A DNA stretch of 64,000 nucleotides, taken from contig JBEIJY010000005.1 of assembly GCA_040380025.1 (NCBI GenBank), positions 39,397 to 103,396 on the forward strand, read 5' to 3'. The DNA comes from Bdellovibrionales bacterium. GTDB taxonomy: Bacteria > Bdellovibrionota > UBA1018 > CAIMNF01. The position numbers and the translations under genes were made by a program. Shown piece after piece: positions 19,630-30,252 of this stretch. Each line of letters starts with the position of its first letter. The stretch's first letter is position 1. Below the pieces are notes generated by a model. It had not been told where the DNA came from and searched no databases. It saw nothing but the letters and a program-made list of their open reading frames with translations.

Positions 19630-21081
19630 ATGTCATTTTTTCGCTTTGTCTTACTCGCCCTTTTTGTGGGCGCCTTCACTCTAGGGGTTCCGGGTCGCGA
19701 TGCGCAAGCCTTAGATTTGGACTGGCAGGGCTCGTTCCGGGGCGAGACGAACATGATCTTCGGCGCCACCCACAAAGAGACGGGGGCGGCGGCAGGCTAC
19801 AAGATTCCGAATAACAACGACTCGCCGGCGGCGTTTCAAAATCTGTTCCTGAACCTGAAGCCCCGCGTGCTCGTGAACGACAACGTTTCGATCCAGTCCG
19901 ACCTGTGGTTCAACTCGCCCGATCGCGGTCTTTTCGGCTCGAACACCCCCACGACGCCCTCTTCGAGCTACAGTCAGGTGCAATCCGGAACCGGCTCCGT
20001 GAGCGCGCGTACGTTTTTTGCCGAGGTCGCGACCGACTTCGGTACCTTTCGCATGGGGCGGGTTCCGCTCCATTACGGGCTCGGGCTCGTCTGGAATTCG
20101 GGCGATTCGCTCGACAATCGCTTTCCGTCCAACGGAGATGCGATCTCGTTTTCGACCAAGTTCGGTTCCTTCCGGGTCACTCCTTCGTTTGTGAAGTACC
20201 AGCAGGCGGCGACCAGTTTTGGTGCATTCCAACCTTCCTCGGGAATCTCCGATTATTCCCTGAATGTCTCGTACGCAAACGACGACGAACAGCTCGAGTT
20301 CGGATTGCTCTTTTTACGAAGACTTGCGGGCGAGAGCTCGGGGGTGGTGAATCCGTTTTTTGCGAGTGCTTTTGGCAATACCGCCGGAACCGCCGGCTAC
20401 GTCTACAACCTCTGGGATTTCTACGTAAAAAAGAAGGCCGGCATCTTCACCTTCGCAGCCGAAGTGCCGCTGGCGAGCGGGCTCGTCGCCTCGCGGACGT
20501 ACAGCTCGATGGCGGGGGTGGTGAACGCCTCGGCCGCGGTGAGTGATCGCTGGACCCTGAAGCTGAACGCCGGTTCGGCGAACGGGCAGGCGAACGGATC
20601 CACCGCGACCACCGGAGCCGACCGGCTTACTGCGTTCGCGTTTCATCCCGATTACCGGCCGGGGCTCATTCTCTTTAATTACAACCTTCAGAATCTCTCC
20701 ACCGGCTCGGGCTCGTATTATCAACAGCCGATCACGAACGCCCGCTTCCTCGCCTTCTCGGGCGAGTATTCCTCGGGCAAGTTCTCGCAAGAGGTTCTCG
20801 CGCTCTTCGCGTTTGCCGATCAGGCGGCCGACGGAACCAACGCGTTCTTCAATACTCAGCTTGGCCGGTACGAAACAGCCACCGCGAGCACGGCGCAAGA
20901 AAAAAATCTCGGCTTCGAGGTCGATTACGGAATCGGCTACGATTGGGATGAGTTCACCCGCTTTGGTGTCGATGTCGGGCTTTACTTTCCGGGCGCGTAC
21001 TACAACTTCAGCAACAACGGCGGACCGAACTCCCGGGGCGCGGTCTTCGGATCCCGCCTGAGCATGATGGTTCGATTCTAA
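19630..21081 (+). CDS. Outer-membrane beta-barrel / porin-like protein
   Basis: AAGGAG RBS, signal peptide (AQA), alternating amphipathic strands, GRVPLHYGLGLVWN, C-terminal Phe. Confidence 0.75.
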   Translation: MSFFRFVLLALFVGAFTLGVPGRDAQALDLDWQGSFRGETNMIFGATHKETGAAAGYKIPNNNDSPAAFQNLFLNLKPRVLVNDNVSIQSDLWFNSPDRGLFGSNTPTTPSSSYSQVQSGTGSVSARTFFAEVATDFGTFRMGRVPLHYGLGLVWNSGDSLDNRFPSNGDAISFSTKFGSFRVTPSFVKYQQAATSFGAFQPSSGISDYSLNVSYANDDEQLEFGLLFLRRLAGESSGVVNPFFASAFGNTAGTAGYVYNLWDFYVKKKAGIFTFAAEVPLASGLVASRTYSSMAGVVNASAAVSDRWTLKLNAGSANGQANGSTATTGADRLTAFAFHPDYRPGLILFNYNLQNLSTGSGSYYQQPITNARFLAFSGEYSSGKFSQEVLALFAFADQAADGTNAFFNTQLGRYETATASTAQEKNLGFEVDYGIGYDWDEFTRFGVDVGLYFPGAYYNFSNNGGPNSRGAVFGSRLSMMVRF

Positions 21082-21091
21082 CGGCCCTGTT

Positions 21092-21892
21092 TTAACGACC
21101 CTGCTCTCCGGGCCCGCGAATGGTCTTGTACATTCGGCTCAACAGCCGGTCAAAGAGCCAGAGCGGGAGCATTTGCAGAACCGGGTACACCCAGCGGTAG
21201 GGCGCCGGCTCGATGATCCACGGGCTTCTTTTTTCGATTCCTTCGGCAAAGCGCTGTGCCGCCTTTTCGGGGGGCATCAAGAACGGCATTTTTCCTTTGT
21301 TTTTTCGGGCAAGGGGAGTGTCGATGAACCCGGGCGCGATCGTCACCACCTCGACCCCGCGTCCGCGCAAATCCACCCGCATGGTTTCGAGGTGTGCGGT
21401 CAGAAGGGCTTTCGAGCTCGAGTAGGCGCCGCTCGTGGGCAGTCCACGCGCGCCGGCCACACTGCTCACTCCGACGAGCGTGCCCCCGCCGCGGCGGAGC
21501 ATTTTGATCTTCATGTGCTCGAGCCCGTGAATGGCGGCCAGTCCGTTCACGAGCAGGGTGGTCTTGACGGAGGGCCAGGCGGAGTCGTCAAAGGCCGATC
21601 TGCCGGTGACTCCCGCATTCGCCACAAACACCGAGGCACCGCCTAGTTTTTCATCGAGCGAATCGAGCGCGCGCGCAAAACCCTTCTCGTCGGTCACGTC
21701 CACCGATTCCCAGTGCACGGTCTTTGCTCCGAGCTCATGGCAAAGGGTTTTCACCTCTTCCAACAGCTCCGACCTTCTTGCCAGGAGCCCGAGCGCATAC
21801 CCTCGGCGCGCGAATTCGAGCGCGAGTGCGCGACCGATCCCCTCGCTCGCTCCGGTCAGAATCAGCGTGCGCTCGGTGCTAGAGCCAGCCAT
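21092..21892 (-). CDS. Short-chain dehydrogenase/reductase
   Basis: TGASEGIG, ANAG, SSVAG, YSSSK, PGFIDT. Confidence 0.93.
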   Translation of the reverse strand: MAGSSTERTLILTGASEGIGRALALEFARRGYALGLLARRSELLEEVKTLCHELGAKTVHWESVDVTDEKGFARALDSLDEKLGGASVFVANAGVTGRSAFDDSAWPSVKTTLLVNGLAAIHGLEHMKIKMLRRGGGTLVGVSSVAGARGLPTSGAYSSSKALLTAHLETMRVDLRGRGVEVVTIAPGFIDTPLARKNKGKMPFLMPPEKAAQRFAEGIEKRSPWIIEPAPYRWVYPVLQMLPLWLFDRLLSRMYKTIRGPGEQGR

Positions 21893-22877
21893 GAATTTTG
21901 TACCAAGCGACGGTTTGCGGAACGCCTGTCTCGAGGGTGTAGCGCGGCTTCCACGCGAGCTTTTCGAATGCCTTTTCGGACGAGCAAATCCAGTAGTCCG
22001 AGATCAGCTCGTGGTATTTGTCGAGATTCAGGGGGAGTGAGCGGTTCAGAATCCGCCCGGCGAGTGTCCCGCCCGAAGCGAGGGCCGAAACCAGTCCGCC
22101 GGGGAGCTTCAGGCGAATCGGCTTCACTTTGAGCTCTTCCGAGATCAATCCCATGATCCGCTCGTAGGTGTAAATTTGCCCGTCGCTCACATGAAACCGC
22201 TCGCCCGCGGCAAAAAGCGAGGCATCGCAGTTCATCGCGTTCACGAGCGCCTGGATCAGATCATCGACATGGATCGCGCTGTAATATTTGTGGCCGGTCG
22301 GGGTTTTGGACGGAAGCACCGGCATCCAGTGTTTTTGGATCGTCTTGAAGAACAAGTACACGTTCTTGTCTCTTGGCCCGTAGACCATCGGGGGGCGCAC
22401 GACGATGAAGGGGAGTTGCCCGCGCAGTTCATCGAGGTAAAGCTCGCCCCGGAGTTTGCTTTCGCCGTAGGTCGACACCGGGTGGTTCGGGTCGGTTTCG
22501 AGCTTGGGCGACAACCCGAAGCTCGGGCCGCTCGCCGCCATCGAAGAGACAAAAACAAAGCGTTTGACCGAGCCGGAGGCGATGGCGGCCGCTGCAAGGT
22601 TCTTCGTGCCCTCGGCGTTGAATTTAAAATACTCCTCGCGATTCCGGGCGGCCGTGAGCCCCGCAAGGTGGTACACGGCATCTTGGTTCTTGCAGGCGCG
22701 CTTCAGCGAATCGAGGTCCAGAATGTCGCCCGCAACACGGGTGAAGGCCACTCCGTTCAAGAATTCCGCAGAGGCACTCGGACGCATCAGTGCCGAGACC
22801 TCGTGCCCTTGCGCGGCGAGCGCCGAGACGAGGCCGCTCCCGATGAATCCGCTTGCTCCCGAAACCAGTATTCTCAT
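21879..22877 (-). CDS. NAD-dependent epimerase/dehydratase family protein
   Basis: SGASGFIG, HLAG, YGESK, RPPMVYGP. Confidence 0.92.
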   Translation of the reverse strand: MRILVSGASGFIGSGLVSALAAQGHEVSALMRPSASAEFLNGVAFTRVAGDILDLDSLKRACKNQDAVYHLAGLTAARNREEYFKFNAEGTKNLAAAAIASGSVKRFVFVSSMAASGPSFGLSPKLETDPNHPVSTYGESKLRGELYLDELRGQLPFIVVRPPMVYGPRDKNVYLFFKTIQKHWMPVLPSKTPTGHKYYSAIHVDDLIQALVNAMNCDASLFAAGERFHVSDGQIYTYERIMGLISEELKVKPIRLKLPGGLVSALASGGTLAGRILNRSLPLNLDKYHELISDYWICSSEKAFEKLAWKPRYTLETGVPQTVAWYKIHGWL

Positions 22878-22892
22878 ACTGTCGTGTATACC

Positions 22893-23684
22893 ATGCCGTC
22901 ACCACGATTGCGCATCACCATTTTGGGATGCGGCACCTCCACCGGAGTGCCCTTGATTCACTGCGAATGCAGGGTCTGCCGCTCGAGGAATCCGAAAAAC
23001 AAACGACTTCGTGCCTCGATTTGGGTGCAGGCGGACAAGAAAAACCTGCTGGTCGATGTCTCGCCCGATTTCCGCCAGCAAATGTTGCGGACTCGCATGC
23101 CCCGGATCGACGCCATTCTGTTCACCCATCCGCACTCGGACCATGTCGGGGGTGTCGACGAGATCCGAAGCTATAACTTTCTTCAAAAAGAGCGGATTCC
23201 TGCCTTCGGCCATGACTGGACGGTGCGCGAGCTCCCCCGGCGGTTTCCCTACCTCTTCAACCCCGGCAAGCAGGAGGGAGGAGGCATTGCGCAGATCGAT
23301 CTTCAGGAGTTCGGCCTCGAGGAGGCTTCGTTTCAGGCTGCGGGAGTTGAGGTGGTGCCGATCGCGCTCGACCACGGCTCGAACCGGGTGGCAGGGTTCC
23401 GGATCGGAAACTTCGCTTACCTCACCGACTGCCATCAGATCCCCGAAGAGTCCCTCCTGCGATTGCAGGGACTCGAGGTCCTGATCCTCGATTGCCTGCG
23501 GGAGTCCGAGCACGACACCCATCTGACGTTCGAGAAGGCGCTCAATTATTCCGGTCGAATTGCGGCGAAGAAGACATTTTTCACCCATCTCGGACATGAT
23601 TTCGACTACGCACGAACCACGAGAAGGCTTCCCAAAACCCTTGCTTTGGCCTATGACGGGCAGGTCATTCATGTTAAAAATTGA
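22893..23684 (+). CDS. Metallo-beta-lactamase-fold hydrolase (PhnP-like)
   Basis: ILGCGTSTGVP, CECRVC, THPHSDH, YLTD, THLGH, AYDG; true start is about 22893, not the 22176 given in the ORF track. Confidence 0.9.
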   Translation: MPSPRLRITILGCGTSTGVPLIHCECRVCRSRNPKNKRLRASIWVQADKKNLLVDVSPDFRQQMLRTRMPRIDAILFTHPHSDHVGGVDEIRSYNFLQKERIPAFGHDWTVRELPRRFPYLFNPGKQEGGGIAQIDLQEFGLEEASFQAAGVEVVPIALDHGSNRVAGFRIGNFAYLTDCHQIPEESLLRLQGLEVLILDCLRESEHDTHLTFEKALNYSGRIAAKKTFFTHLGHDFDYARTTRRLPKTLALAYDGQVIHVKN

Positions 23685-23702
23685 GCCCTCAAAGGAGCAT
23701 CT

Positions 23703-24809
23703 ATGATCGTCGGAGTACCCAAGGAAATCAAAAACAAAGAAAATCGAGTATCCATGGTGGTCGCCGGTGTGCGGGCGCTTTCTCATGCGGGTCACAAGGT
23801 TCTGGTTCAGGCCGGAGCCGGAATCGGCGCCGGGATCTCAGATCAGGAATACCAGTCCGCCGGAGCGACCATCGTCGAATCGGCAAAAGATGTCTTCGCC
23901 CAATCCGACATGATCGTGAAGGTGAAGGAGCCCCTGCCAGAAGAATACGATCTTCTGCGCGAAGGGCAGATCCTCTACACTTATTTGCACCTTGCCGCCG
24001 ATGAGCGCCTCACCAAAGCCCTCCTCGAGCGCAAAATCGTGGGAATCGCCTACGAGACGATCCAACCTGCCGACAACTCGCTTCCTTTGCTTGCGCCGAT
24101 GAGCGCGGTGGCCGGCCGCATGGCGACCCAGATCGGGGCCACCTATTTGCAAAAAGACCACGGCGGAAAAGGCATGCTCCTGGGCGGAGTGACCGGCGTT
24201 GCCCGCGCGAATGTCACGATTCTGGGCGGCGGCGTCGTCGGCGTGAATGCCGCGAAGATGGCGGTCGGTCTCGGCGCGAAAGTCACGATCCTCGATGTCA
24301 ATCTCGACCGTCTCGAGTATCTGAACGATATTTTCGGCAATTCCATCCACACCCTCTACTCGAACAACGAGCAGATCGAACGATCCGTGATCGAGTCCGA
24401 TCTGGTGATCAGCGCCATCCTCGTACCGGGCGCAAAAGCTCCGAAGCTCGTGACCCGTCAGATGGTTTCGCGCATGCAGCCGGGCGGCGTGATCATCGAC
24501 GTTGCGGTCGATCAGGGCGGAGCAGTCGAAACCTGCCGACCCACCTCGCATGAGCATCCGACCTACACCGTGGACAACATCATCCACTATGCGGTCCCCA
24601 ACATGCCGGGCGCGGTTCCCCGCACCTCGACCTATGCCCTGACCAACGTGACCTTGAAGTACGCGCTCATGCTGGCGAACCTCGGCTGGAAAGACGCAGT
24701 CGCCCGCGATCAGGCCCTGTTCAAGGGCGTGAACCTCGCGCACGGCAAGCTCACCTATCGGGCCGTGGCGGATGATCTTGGGTTGCCATTCGAAGCGCTC
24801 AAGATCTAA
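23703..24809 (+). CDS. ald: Alanine dehydrogenase
   Basis: [69 protein letters not shown]. Confidence 0.96.
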   Translation: MIVGVPKEIKNKENRVSMVVAGVRALSHAGHKVLVQAGAGIGAGISDQEYQSAGATIVESAKDVFAQSDMIVKVKEPLPEEYDLLREGQILYTYLHLAADERLTKALLERKIVGIAYETIQPADNSLPLLAPMSAVAGRMATQIGATYLQKDHGGKGMLLGGVTGVARANVTILGGGVVGVNAAKMAVGLGAKVTILDVNLDRLEYLNDIFGNSIHTLYSNNEQIERSVIESDLVISAILVPGAKAPKLVTRQMVSRMQPGGVIIDVAVDQGGAVETCRPTSHEHPTYTVDNIIHYAVPNMPGAVPRTSTYALTNVTLKYALMLANLGWKDAVARDQALFKGVNLAHGKLTYRAVADDLGLPFEALKI

Positions 24810-24821
24810 ACTGATCTTGGA

Positions 24822-25313
24822 ATGAAAAAAATCAGCCTGATCCTTGCGCTCGTCAACACGGTCGTGGTCCTCGCGGTGCTGGGTCTCTTCGTCTACACGA
24901 AGATCCTCTTCAAGCCGCCGAAGATCACCGAGTCCAAGGAACGCGAGAAAATCGAAAAGACCGAGCCAGTGACCCCGGTAGTCGACCGGGGCGATCGCGT
25001 GCTGTATCCGCTCGATCCGGTCACGGTGAACCTTGACGCCTATACGGGCGCCGACGGCAAGTCGCGGAACCACTACATCTCGGTGACCCTTTCGCTCGAG
25101 GTGAACAGCGAAAAGGCGAAGCCCAAGATCGACGAGGCCAAGCCCGTCATTCTCGATCGCGTGATCCACCACCTCGGGCAGTCGAAGTTCGAAGAGCTGA
25201 ATCAGGTCCAGGGCCGGTATGTGTTCAAGTCGAAGATCATCGACGAGGCGAACGTCCACCTGAAGTCCCCGATCGTGACCGATGTGTACTTCATCGACAT
25301 GCTCTTGCAGTGA
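24822..25313 (+). CDS. fliL: Flagellar basal body-associated FliL family protein
   Basis: N-terminal TM, LDPVTVNL, HYISVTLSLE, ends VTDVYFIDMLLQ. Confidence 0.85.
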   Translation: MKKISLILALVNTVVVLAVLGLFVYTKILFKPPKITESKEREKIEKTEPVTPVVDRGDRVLYPLDPVTVNLDAYTGADGKSRNHYISVTLSLEVNSEKAKPKIDEAKPVILDRVIHHLGQSKFEELNQVQGRYVFKSKIIDEANVHLKSPIVTDVYFIDMLLQ

Positions 25314-25319
25314 TGGCGG

Positions 25320-25658
25320 TCAGATCGAGACGCGGGCATCGAACACGGCGCCGGGATCGACCTGAAGGCCCGGGGTCTTCACCAAGCCCGCGACTTTTCC
25401 GCGCGAGGTGATCCAGAGTCGCTTCGTGGCGTGGATTTCGCCCTTAGCGAATCCCTCGACGATCAAAGTTTCGGCTTCGATCTTGCCGTCGACGAGCGAG
25501 CCTTCCTTCAGGATCAGAATGCTTCCCTCGAGGCACCGGACTTCTCCGGTGATTTTTCCGAACAAATGAAGCTCGTGGCGCACCTCGATTTTTCCTTCGA
25601 TCGAGATGTCTGATGCGATGACGGTGAGTTCCCCGGTGGTCCGATGCTTATTTTCCAT
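25320..25658 (-). CDS. Bactofilin (polymer-forming cytoskeletal protein)
   Basis: TVIASDISIEGKI...LHLFGKITGEV...GSLVDGKIEAETLIVEG...GAVFDARVSI beta-helix pattern. Confidence 0.88.
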   Translation of the reverse strand: MENKHRTTGELTVIASDISIEGKIEVRHELHLFGKITGEVRCLEGSILILKEGSLVDGKIEAETLIVEGFAKGEIHATKRLWITSRGKVAGLVKTPGLQVDPGAVFDARVSI

Positions 25659-26433
25659 ATCTGAAGGTCTGCACGAGGATGAGGTGGTTGTTCAGGTCGA
25701 ACGCGAATACCTGGATTTCCTGCAACTGCTCCTGCGATTCGAACGGTCCGAACCGCGCGCGCAGAACGCGAAAGTGCGACACCGAAAAATACTCCCCGCG
25801 GTTCGCATCAAACAAAGAGGCGCCGCTGGTGACATTCAGAACTCCGTCCGGATGGGCGAACAGCCGGTCGCCCGAGCGGCCCAGCACGACCAGATGCCCC
25901 TGTTGCACGCCTTTTCCGGGGTTCTGGTATTGAACGTTCAACGAAAATAGCGCGTATTTCCCTTTCCATTCGAGTTTCGCATCTTGCAGGCGAATGGCGG
26001 GGACCTGGCCCGGGGCCGGAAGCTTGATCTGATCGGCAAGGCCCGACCAGACGCCGTCTTTTCCTTCGATCGGGATCCCGGGGGCGTCCACGGGCTTCTC
26101 GGTCGAGGCGTTCGGGTCAGGTGCCGGCGCCCCGTCTTCGGCCTGCGGAGAACTCGGCGAGCCCGCCAGAAGGGATGATTTTTTTTCGAGGGCGATCTTG
26201 AGGTTCTGGATCTCGTTTTCGAGCTCGGTCACCAGCTCGGGACGCGCGGAGCGGTCGGCAAAGTAAGTCCGGATGGCATAAACCGACGAGAAAATGGCGG
26301 TCAGGGCGAGGATCCACGCAATCCAGCCCGCCCGCGAAATCCAGGCTACGGGAATCTGGAAGGTTCGGGGGTCGAGGTTGCCGTGATGGACTTGCACCGT
26401 CAACGATTTGCCGGGTTTCCTCGGTTCTGCCAT
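25648..26433 (-). CDS. Bitopic membrane protein (TM, coiled coil, beta domain) overlapping the bactofilin gene
   Basis: Short cytoplasmic N-terminus, one TM, LENEIQNLKIALEKK coiled coil; overlaps the bactofilin start. Confidence 0.7.
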   Translation of the reverse strand: MAEPRKPGKSLTVQVHHGNLDPRTFQIPVAWISRAGWIAWILALTAIFSSVYAIRTYFADRSARPELVTELENEIQNLKIALEKKSSLLAGSPSSPQAEDGAPAPDPNASTEKPVDAPGIPIEGKDGVWSGLADQIKLPAPGQVPAIRLQDAKLEWKGKYALFSLNVQYQNPGKGVQQGHLVVLGRSGDRLFAHPDGVLNVTSGASLFDANRGEYFSVSHFRVLRARFGPFESQEQLQEIQVFAFDLNNHLILVQTFRYGK

Positions 26434-26475
26434 GGGGCCACCGTATCATTCACGCGGATTCAGGGTCAAACTCCT

Positions 26476-26503
26476 TCAAGAAATCGCAGGGCTTTTCCGA
26501 GAA
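26476..26503 (+). promoter_or_regulatory. Candidate sigma28 (FliA)-type promoter
   Basis: TCAAG...TCCGAGAA, with spacing similar to TAAA-N15-GCCGATAA, just upstream of ATG 26512. Confidence 0.4.
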
Positions 26504-26511
26504 GAGGTTTG

Positions 26512-27801
26512 ATGAAGATCCTTTTCGTCGATCCACGCGAGCCGATTCAAGAAAAGTGGGTGGAACCGCTCCGTTCCCGGGGCTGGGGTGTGCTCCATGC
26601 CCGGAGCATCGAGGATGCGACGAAGATGGTGATGTTCCACGAGGACTCTCTTGCGGGGCTCGTCGTGCACGAGAAGTTCGCAACCTTCGGCGAGCGCTCG
26701 TCGCTTCCGTTCGTGATCCTGACCCAGGGCTGGACCGATCAGGACATCCTTAGGCATCGCAATTCCGTCCATCCGGCGCGGGGGTACTTGCCCTTCACCG
26801 CCGGGTTCGAGGCGATTTTCGGCATTTTTGCGACGAAAGACGGACCTGTCGCTCCCGAATCCCGGCCCTCGCAAACGGGGCTCCGTCTTATCGATGTCTC
26901 GGGCGTGCTGGGCCGTCGCGAGAAAACAAACACCCAATCGACTTTGACGCTGAATCCACCAGCCCGGGTGTTGGGCGGGGGAAGCGCCACCGTGCTTCGC
27001 AAAGAAGAAACTCTGCCGACCTCGCTCGAAGCGGACCCAGTCCCGGAGCCCGCACCGCTTGCGGAACCGCTTGCAGAACCGCTTGCAGAACCGCTTGCAG
27101 AACCGCTTGCAGAACCGCTTGCAGAACCGCTTGCAGAACCGCTTGCAGAACCGCATCCGGTGCCGCCGCTTCGCATGCTTCCGCCCTTAGAAGGCGCTCC
27201 GCCCGATGTGGCCACACTCCGGTTCTACCTGACGATGCGGGAGCAGGATGTCGCGGTTCTGACCGGGCAGGTCCGCTCCTCGAAGGATCGCGTCGAGCAG
27301 CTCGAAGCCCTGCTCAGGCTCGAAAAAGCGCGCAACACCGAGATGGGCGAAATGCTCTCGAAGGCCGAACAGAGGCTCAAGAATTACGATCTCGAAAAAC
27401 AGGTCGAATTCGAGGTCATGCAAAAACAGGTCGGAGACCTCGAACAACAACTTCGCGAAAAAACCGAAAAAGCGAGGGCGATCGAGACCAAGCTCCGGAT
27501 CATGTCCGAAGAGGTGGCGAAGGTGAAGGAGCGGGTGCGGATCGACATCCGCCGGATCCGCGTCCGCGAAAAGGAGCTCGAGGGCCAGCTCGAGATCCTT
27601 CGAAAAGACTCCAGCGCCCTTTTGCAGGCGCGGGACGAAAAAATCCAGGAACTGAAGCGTCGGGTCGATCTCCTCGAGTTCAACATGGAGCTCGTGCAGG
27701 AGCAACACGACAAGGAACGACGGAACTGCGACGAGCTTCGGGCCAAGCTGAAGGAAGCGGCCCAAGCGATGCGCCAAGCGAACGGATTTCTCGAGACCTA
27801 A
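26512..27801 (+). CDS. Pseudo-receiver, Pro-rich linker and long coiled-coil protein (FrzS/AglZ-like architecture)
   Basis: MKILFVD receiver-like start lacking an obvious phospho-Asp; (PLAE)8 linker; about 190 aa heptad coiled coil. Confidence 0.7.
   Translation: MKILFVDPREPIQEKWVEPLRSRGWGVLHARSIEDATKMVMFHEDSLAGLVVHEKFATFGERSSLPFVILTQGWTDQDILRHRNSVHPARGYLPFTAGFEAIFGIFATKDGPVAPESRPSQTGLRLIDVSGVLGRREKTNTQSTLTLNPPARVLGGGSATVLRKEETLPTSLEADPVPEPAPLAEPLAEPLAEPLAEPLAEPLAEPLAEPLAEPHPVPPLRMLPPLEGAPPDVATLRFYLTMREQDVAVLTGQVRSSKDRVEQLEALLRLEKARNTEMGEMLSKAEQRLKNYDLEKQVEFEVMQKQVGDLEQQLREKTEKARAIETKLRIMSEEVAKVKERVRIDIRRIRVREKELEGQLEILRKDSSALLQARDEKIQELKRRVDLLEFNMELVQEQHDKERRNCDELRAKLKEAAQAMRQANGFLET
27055..27154 (+). 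repeat. 12-bp coding VNTR encoding (PLAE)8
   Basis: CCGCTTGCAGAA x8 (first copy CCGCTTGCGGAA). Confidence 0.97.
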
Positions 27802-27875
27802 TCTACCAAGACCATTGAATTCCGGGTCATTATTCACTGGCCGAACAGGGCCCCGAAACGATAGAGTTTAGCCCC

Positions 27876-28622
27876 ATGATGACCGTTGTGGCAGTGATTC
27901 CGGCTCGTTATGGAGCAACCCGTTTGCCCGGCAAGCCTCTGGCCGGGATTCTTGGCAAACCGATGATCCAGTGGGTGTATGGAGGCGCAAAGCAATCCAA
28001 GCTTTGCTCCCGCGTCGTCGTTGCAACCGACGATGAACGCATCGCGAATGCGGTGCGGGGGTTCGGCGGCGAAGTGGTGATGACTTCTCCCGAGCTTCAA
28101 AGCGGCACCGACCGGGTGGCCGCGGCTTCGCGGCTGATCGAGGGCGACATCTTCGTGAACGTGCAGGGCGATGAGCCGCTCATCGATGGCAGAGCGGTCG
28201 ATCTTGCGGTCCGACCGGTGCTCGAAGGACGCTATGATCTGGCTTCGCTCCGTGTGCCGCTCCAATCGGTGCGCGATCTGCGAAACCCGAATGTCGTGAA
28301 GGTGATCGTCGACGACTTCGACCGCGCCCTGTACTTCTCGCGGCATCCGATTCCGTATTCGCGGGTCGAGCCGGAGTCGGCGGAACCGCCGTTTTTGTGC
28401 TCGCAACACGTGGGAATCTATGTGTACCGCCGGGAAGTCCTTCAGAAGGTGAGCGCACTCCCGGCAACCGCGCTCGAGCGTGCCGAAAGCCTCGAGCAAC
28501 TGCGCGCGATGAAGGCCGGGATTCCGATCGGGGTGTTCCCGGCGGAGTTCGATTCGGTGGGAGTCGACACTCCCGAAGATCTCGAAAAAGTGATTCGAAT
28601 TTTAGGAAAAAAACATGGCTAA
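27876..28622 (+). CDS. kdsB: 3-deoxy-manno-octulosonate cytidylyltransferase
   Basis: [55 protein letters not shown]. Confidence 0.97.
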   Translation: MMTVVAVIPARYGATRLPGKPLAGILGKPMIQWVYGGAKQSKLCSRVVVATDDERIANAVRGFGGEVVMTSPELQSGTDRVAAASRLIEGDIFVNVQGDEPLIDGRAVDLAVRPVLEGRYDLASLRVPLQSVRDLRNPNVVKVIVDDFDRALYFSRHPIPYSRVEPESAEPPFLCSQHVGIYVYRREVLQKVSALPATALERAESLEQLRAMKAGIPIGVFPAEFDSVGVDTPEDLEKVIRILGKKHG

Positions 28623-30252
28623 GCAAAAAAAATACATTTTCGTGACCGGTGGTGTTCTCTCGAGCATCGGAAAAGGCATTTGCGCCGCATCCCTGGGCAT
28701 GTTGCTCGAACAGCGCGGAATCAAGGTGACGATGGTCAAGATGGACCCGTACCTGAACGTCGATCCTGGCACGATGAGCCCCTTCCAGCATGGCGAGGTG
28801 TTCGTGCTCGATGACGGAACCGAAACCGATCTCGATCTCGGGCACTATCAGCGATACGTCCACCATGCCGCTTTCACGCGCAAAAACAGCTTCACCGCGG
28901 GCCGCGTGTACGAAGCGGTGATCAAAAAAGAGCGGGCGGGCGGGTATCTCGGCAAGACCGTGCAGGTGATTCCGCACGTCACCGACCAGATCAAAGAAAA
29001 CATCCGTGCCGCGATGGAAGACGCCGATCTCGGGATCATCGAGGTGGGGGGCACGGTGGGCGACATCGAGGGGCTGCCGTTCCTCGAGGCCATCCGGCAG
29101 ATCAAGCACGAAGAGGGTGCCTCGAATGTGCTCTTCGCGCACCTGACGCTCGTGCCGTACATTCCGACCGCGGGAGAACTGAAGACCAAGCCCACCCAGC
29201 ACAGCGTGAAGGATCTTCGCGAGATCGGCATCCAGCCCGACATCCTGATCTGTCGCGCCGACCGGCCGCTCGACAAATCGATCAAAGAAAAAATCGGCCT
29301 TTTTTGCAATATTCCGGGCGATTGCGTGTTCAGTGCGATCGACGCCGAGAGCATTTATGATGTCCCGCTCCTTCTGGCCGAAGAGGGCATGGACGACAAA
29401 GTGGTCGAAAAACTCGGAATCTGGACCGGACGCCCCGATCTTTCCCGCTGGAAGTCCATGGTCGAGATGATCCATCACCCGAACCACGAGGTAAAAATCG
29501 GAATCGTGGGCAAGTACACCGACTGGCGCGACACCTACAAGTCGATCTCGGAATCGCTCGTGCATGGCGGGGTCGCGAATCATGCCCGCGTGATCCCCGT
29601 GTACATCGAGAGCGAGGCGCTCGAAAAAGGCGATTTCTCGGCCCTTTCGGGTGTGTCGGGAATTTTGGTGCCGGGCGGTTTCGGCGAGCGGGGAGTCGAA
29701 GGGAAGATCCGTGCCATCGAATTCGCGCGTACCAAAAACATTCCTTTCTTCGGGATCTGTCTCGGGATGCAGCTTGCGACGATCGAATACGCAAGGAACG
29801 TCTGCGGTCTTTCGCGCGCCAACTCCGCCGAGTTCAAGCCCGGAAACGACCAGAACGTGATCGATCTCATGGACTCCCAAAAAGGGGTGCAGGATCTGGG
29901 CGGCACCATGCGCCTCGGCGCATACCCGTGCAAGATCGCGCGCTCTGCAAAGGGCAAGACCACCCACGCATTCTCGGCCTACGGACGCGATCTCATCTCG
30001 GAACGCCACCGCCATCGCTTCGAGGTCTCGAACCACTTCCGTTCCAAACTCGAAGAAAAGGGGCTCGTCGTGAGCGGAACCCATCTGAACCAAAAAACAG
30101 GCGAAGAGCTCGTCGAAATGGTCGAGCTCACGGATCATCCCTGGTTTTTGGGCTGCCAGTTCCATCCCGAGCTTTTGAGCCGTCCGCTCGATCCGCATCC
30201 TTTGTTTGTCTCGTTCATCCGTGCCTCGTTGGCCGCGAAAGGAAACTCCTGA
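28615..30252 (+). CDS. pyrG: CTP synthase
   Basis: [56 protein letters not shown]. Confidence 0.99.
   Translation: MAKQKKYIFVTGGVLSSIGKGICAASLGMLLEQRGIKVTMVKMDPYLNVDPGTMSPFQHGEVFVLDDGTETDLDLGHYQRYVHHAAFTRKNSFTAGRVYEAVIKKERAGGYLGKTVQVIPHVTDQIKENIRAAMEDADLGIIEVGGTVGDIEGLPFLEAIRQIKHEEGASNVLFAHLTLVPYIPTAGELKTKPTQHSVKDLREIGIQPDILICRADRPLDKSIKEKIGLFCNIPGDCVFSAIDAESIYDVPLLLAEEGMDDKVVEKLGIWTGRPDLSRWKSMVEMIHHPNHEVKIGIVGKYTDWRDTYKSISESLVHGGVANHARVIPVYIESEALEKGDFSALSGVSGILVPGGFGERGVEGKIRAIEFARTKNIPFFGICLGMQLATIEYARNVCGLSRANSAEFKPGNDQNVIDLMDSQKGVQDLGGTMRLGAYPCKIARSAKGKTTHAFSAYGRDLISERHRHRFEVSNHFRSKLEEKGLVVSGTHLNQKTGEELVEMVELTDHPWFLGCQFHPELLSRPLDPHPLFVSFIRASLAAKGNS

Noticed and set aside
22176..22892. 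Long N-terminal extensions in the ORF track (MBL hydrolase, kdsA, oppC, upp, iscA, mtgA)
   Set aside because: They overlap neighbouring genes; family motifs and stop/start overlaps indicate the shorter starts used above.
27055..27154. Possible CRISPR array
   Set aside because: Contiguous 12-bp units without spacers, in frame within a CDS; no cas genes in the window.
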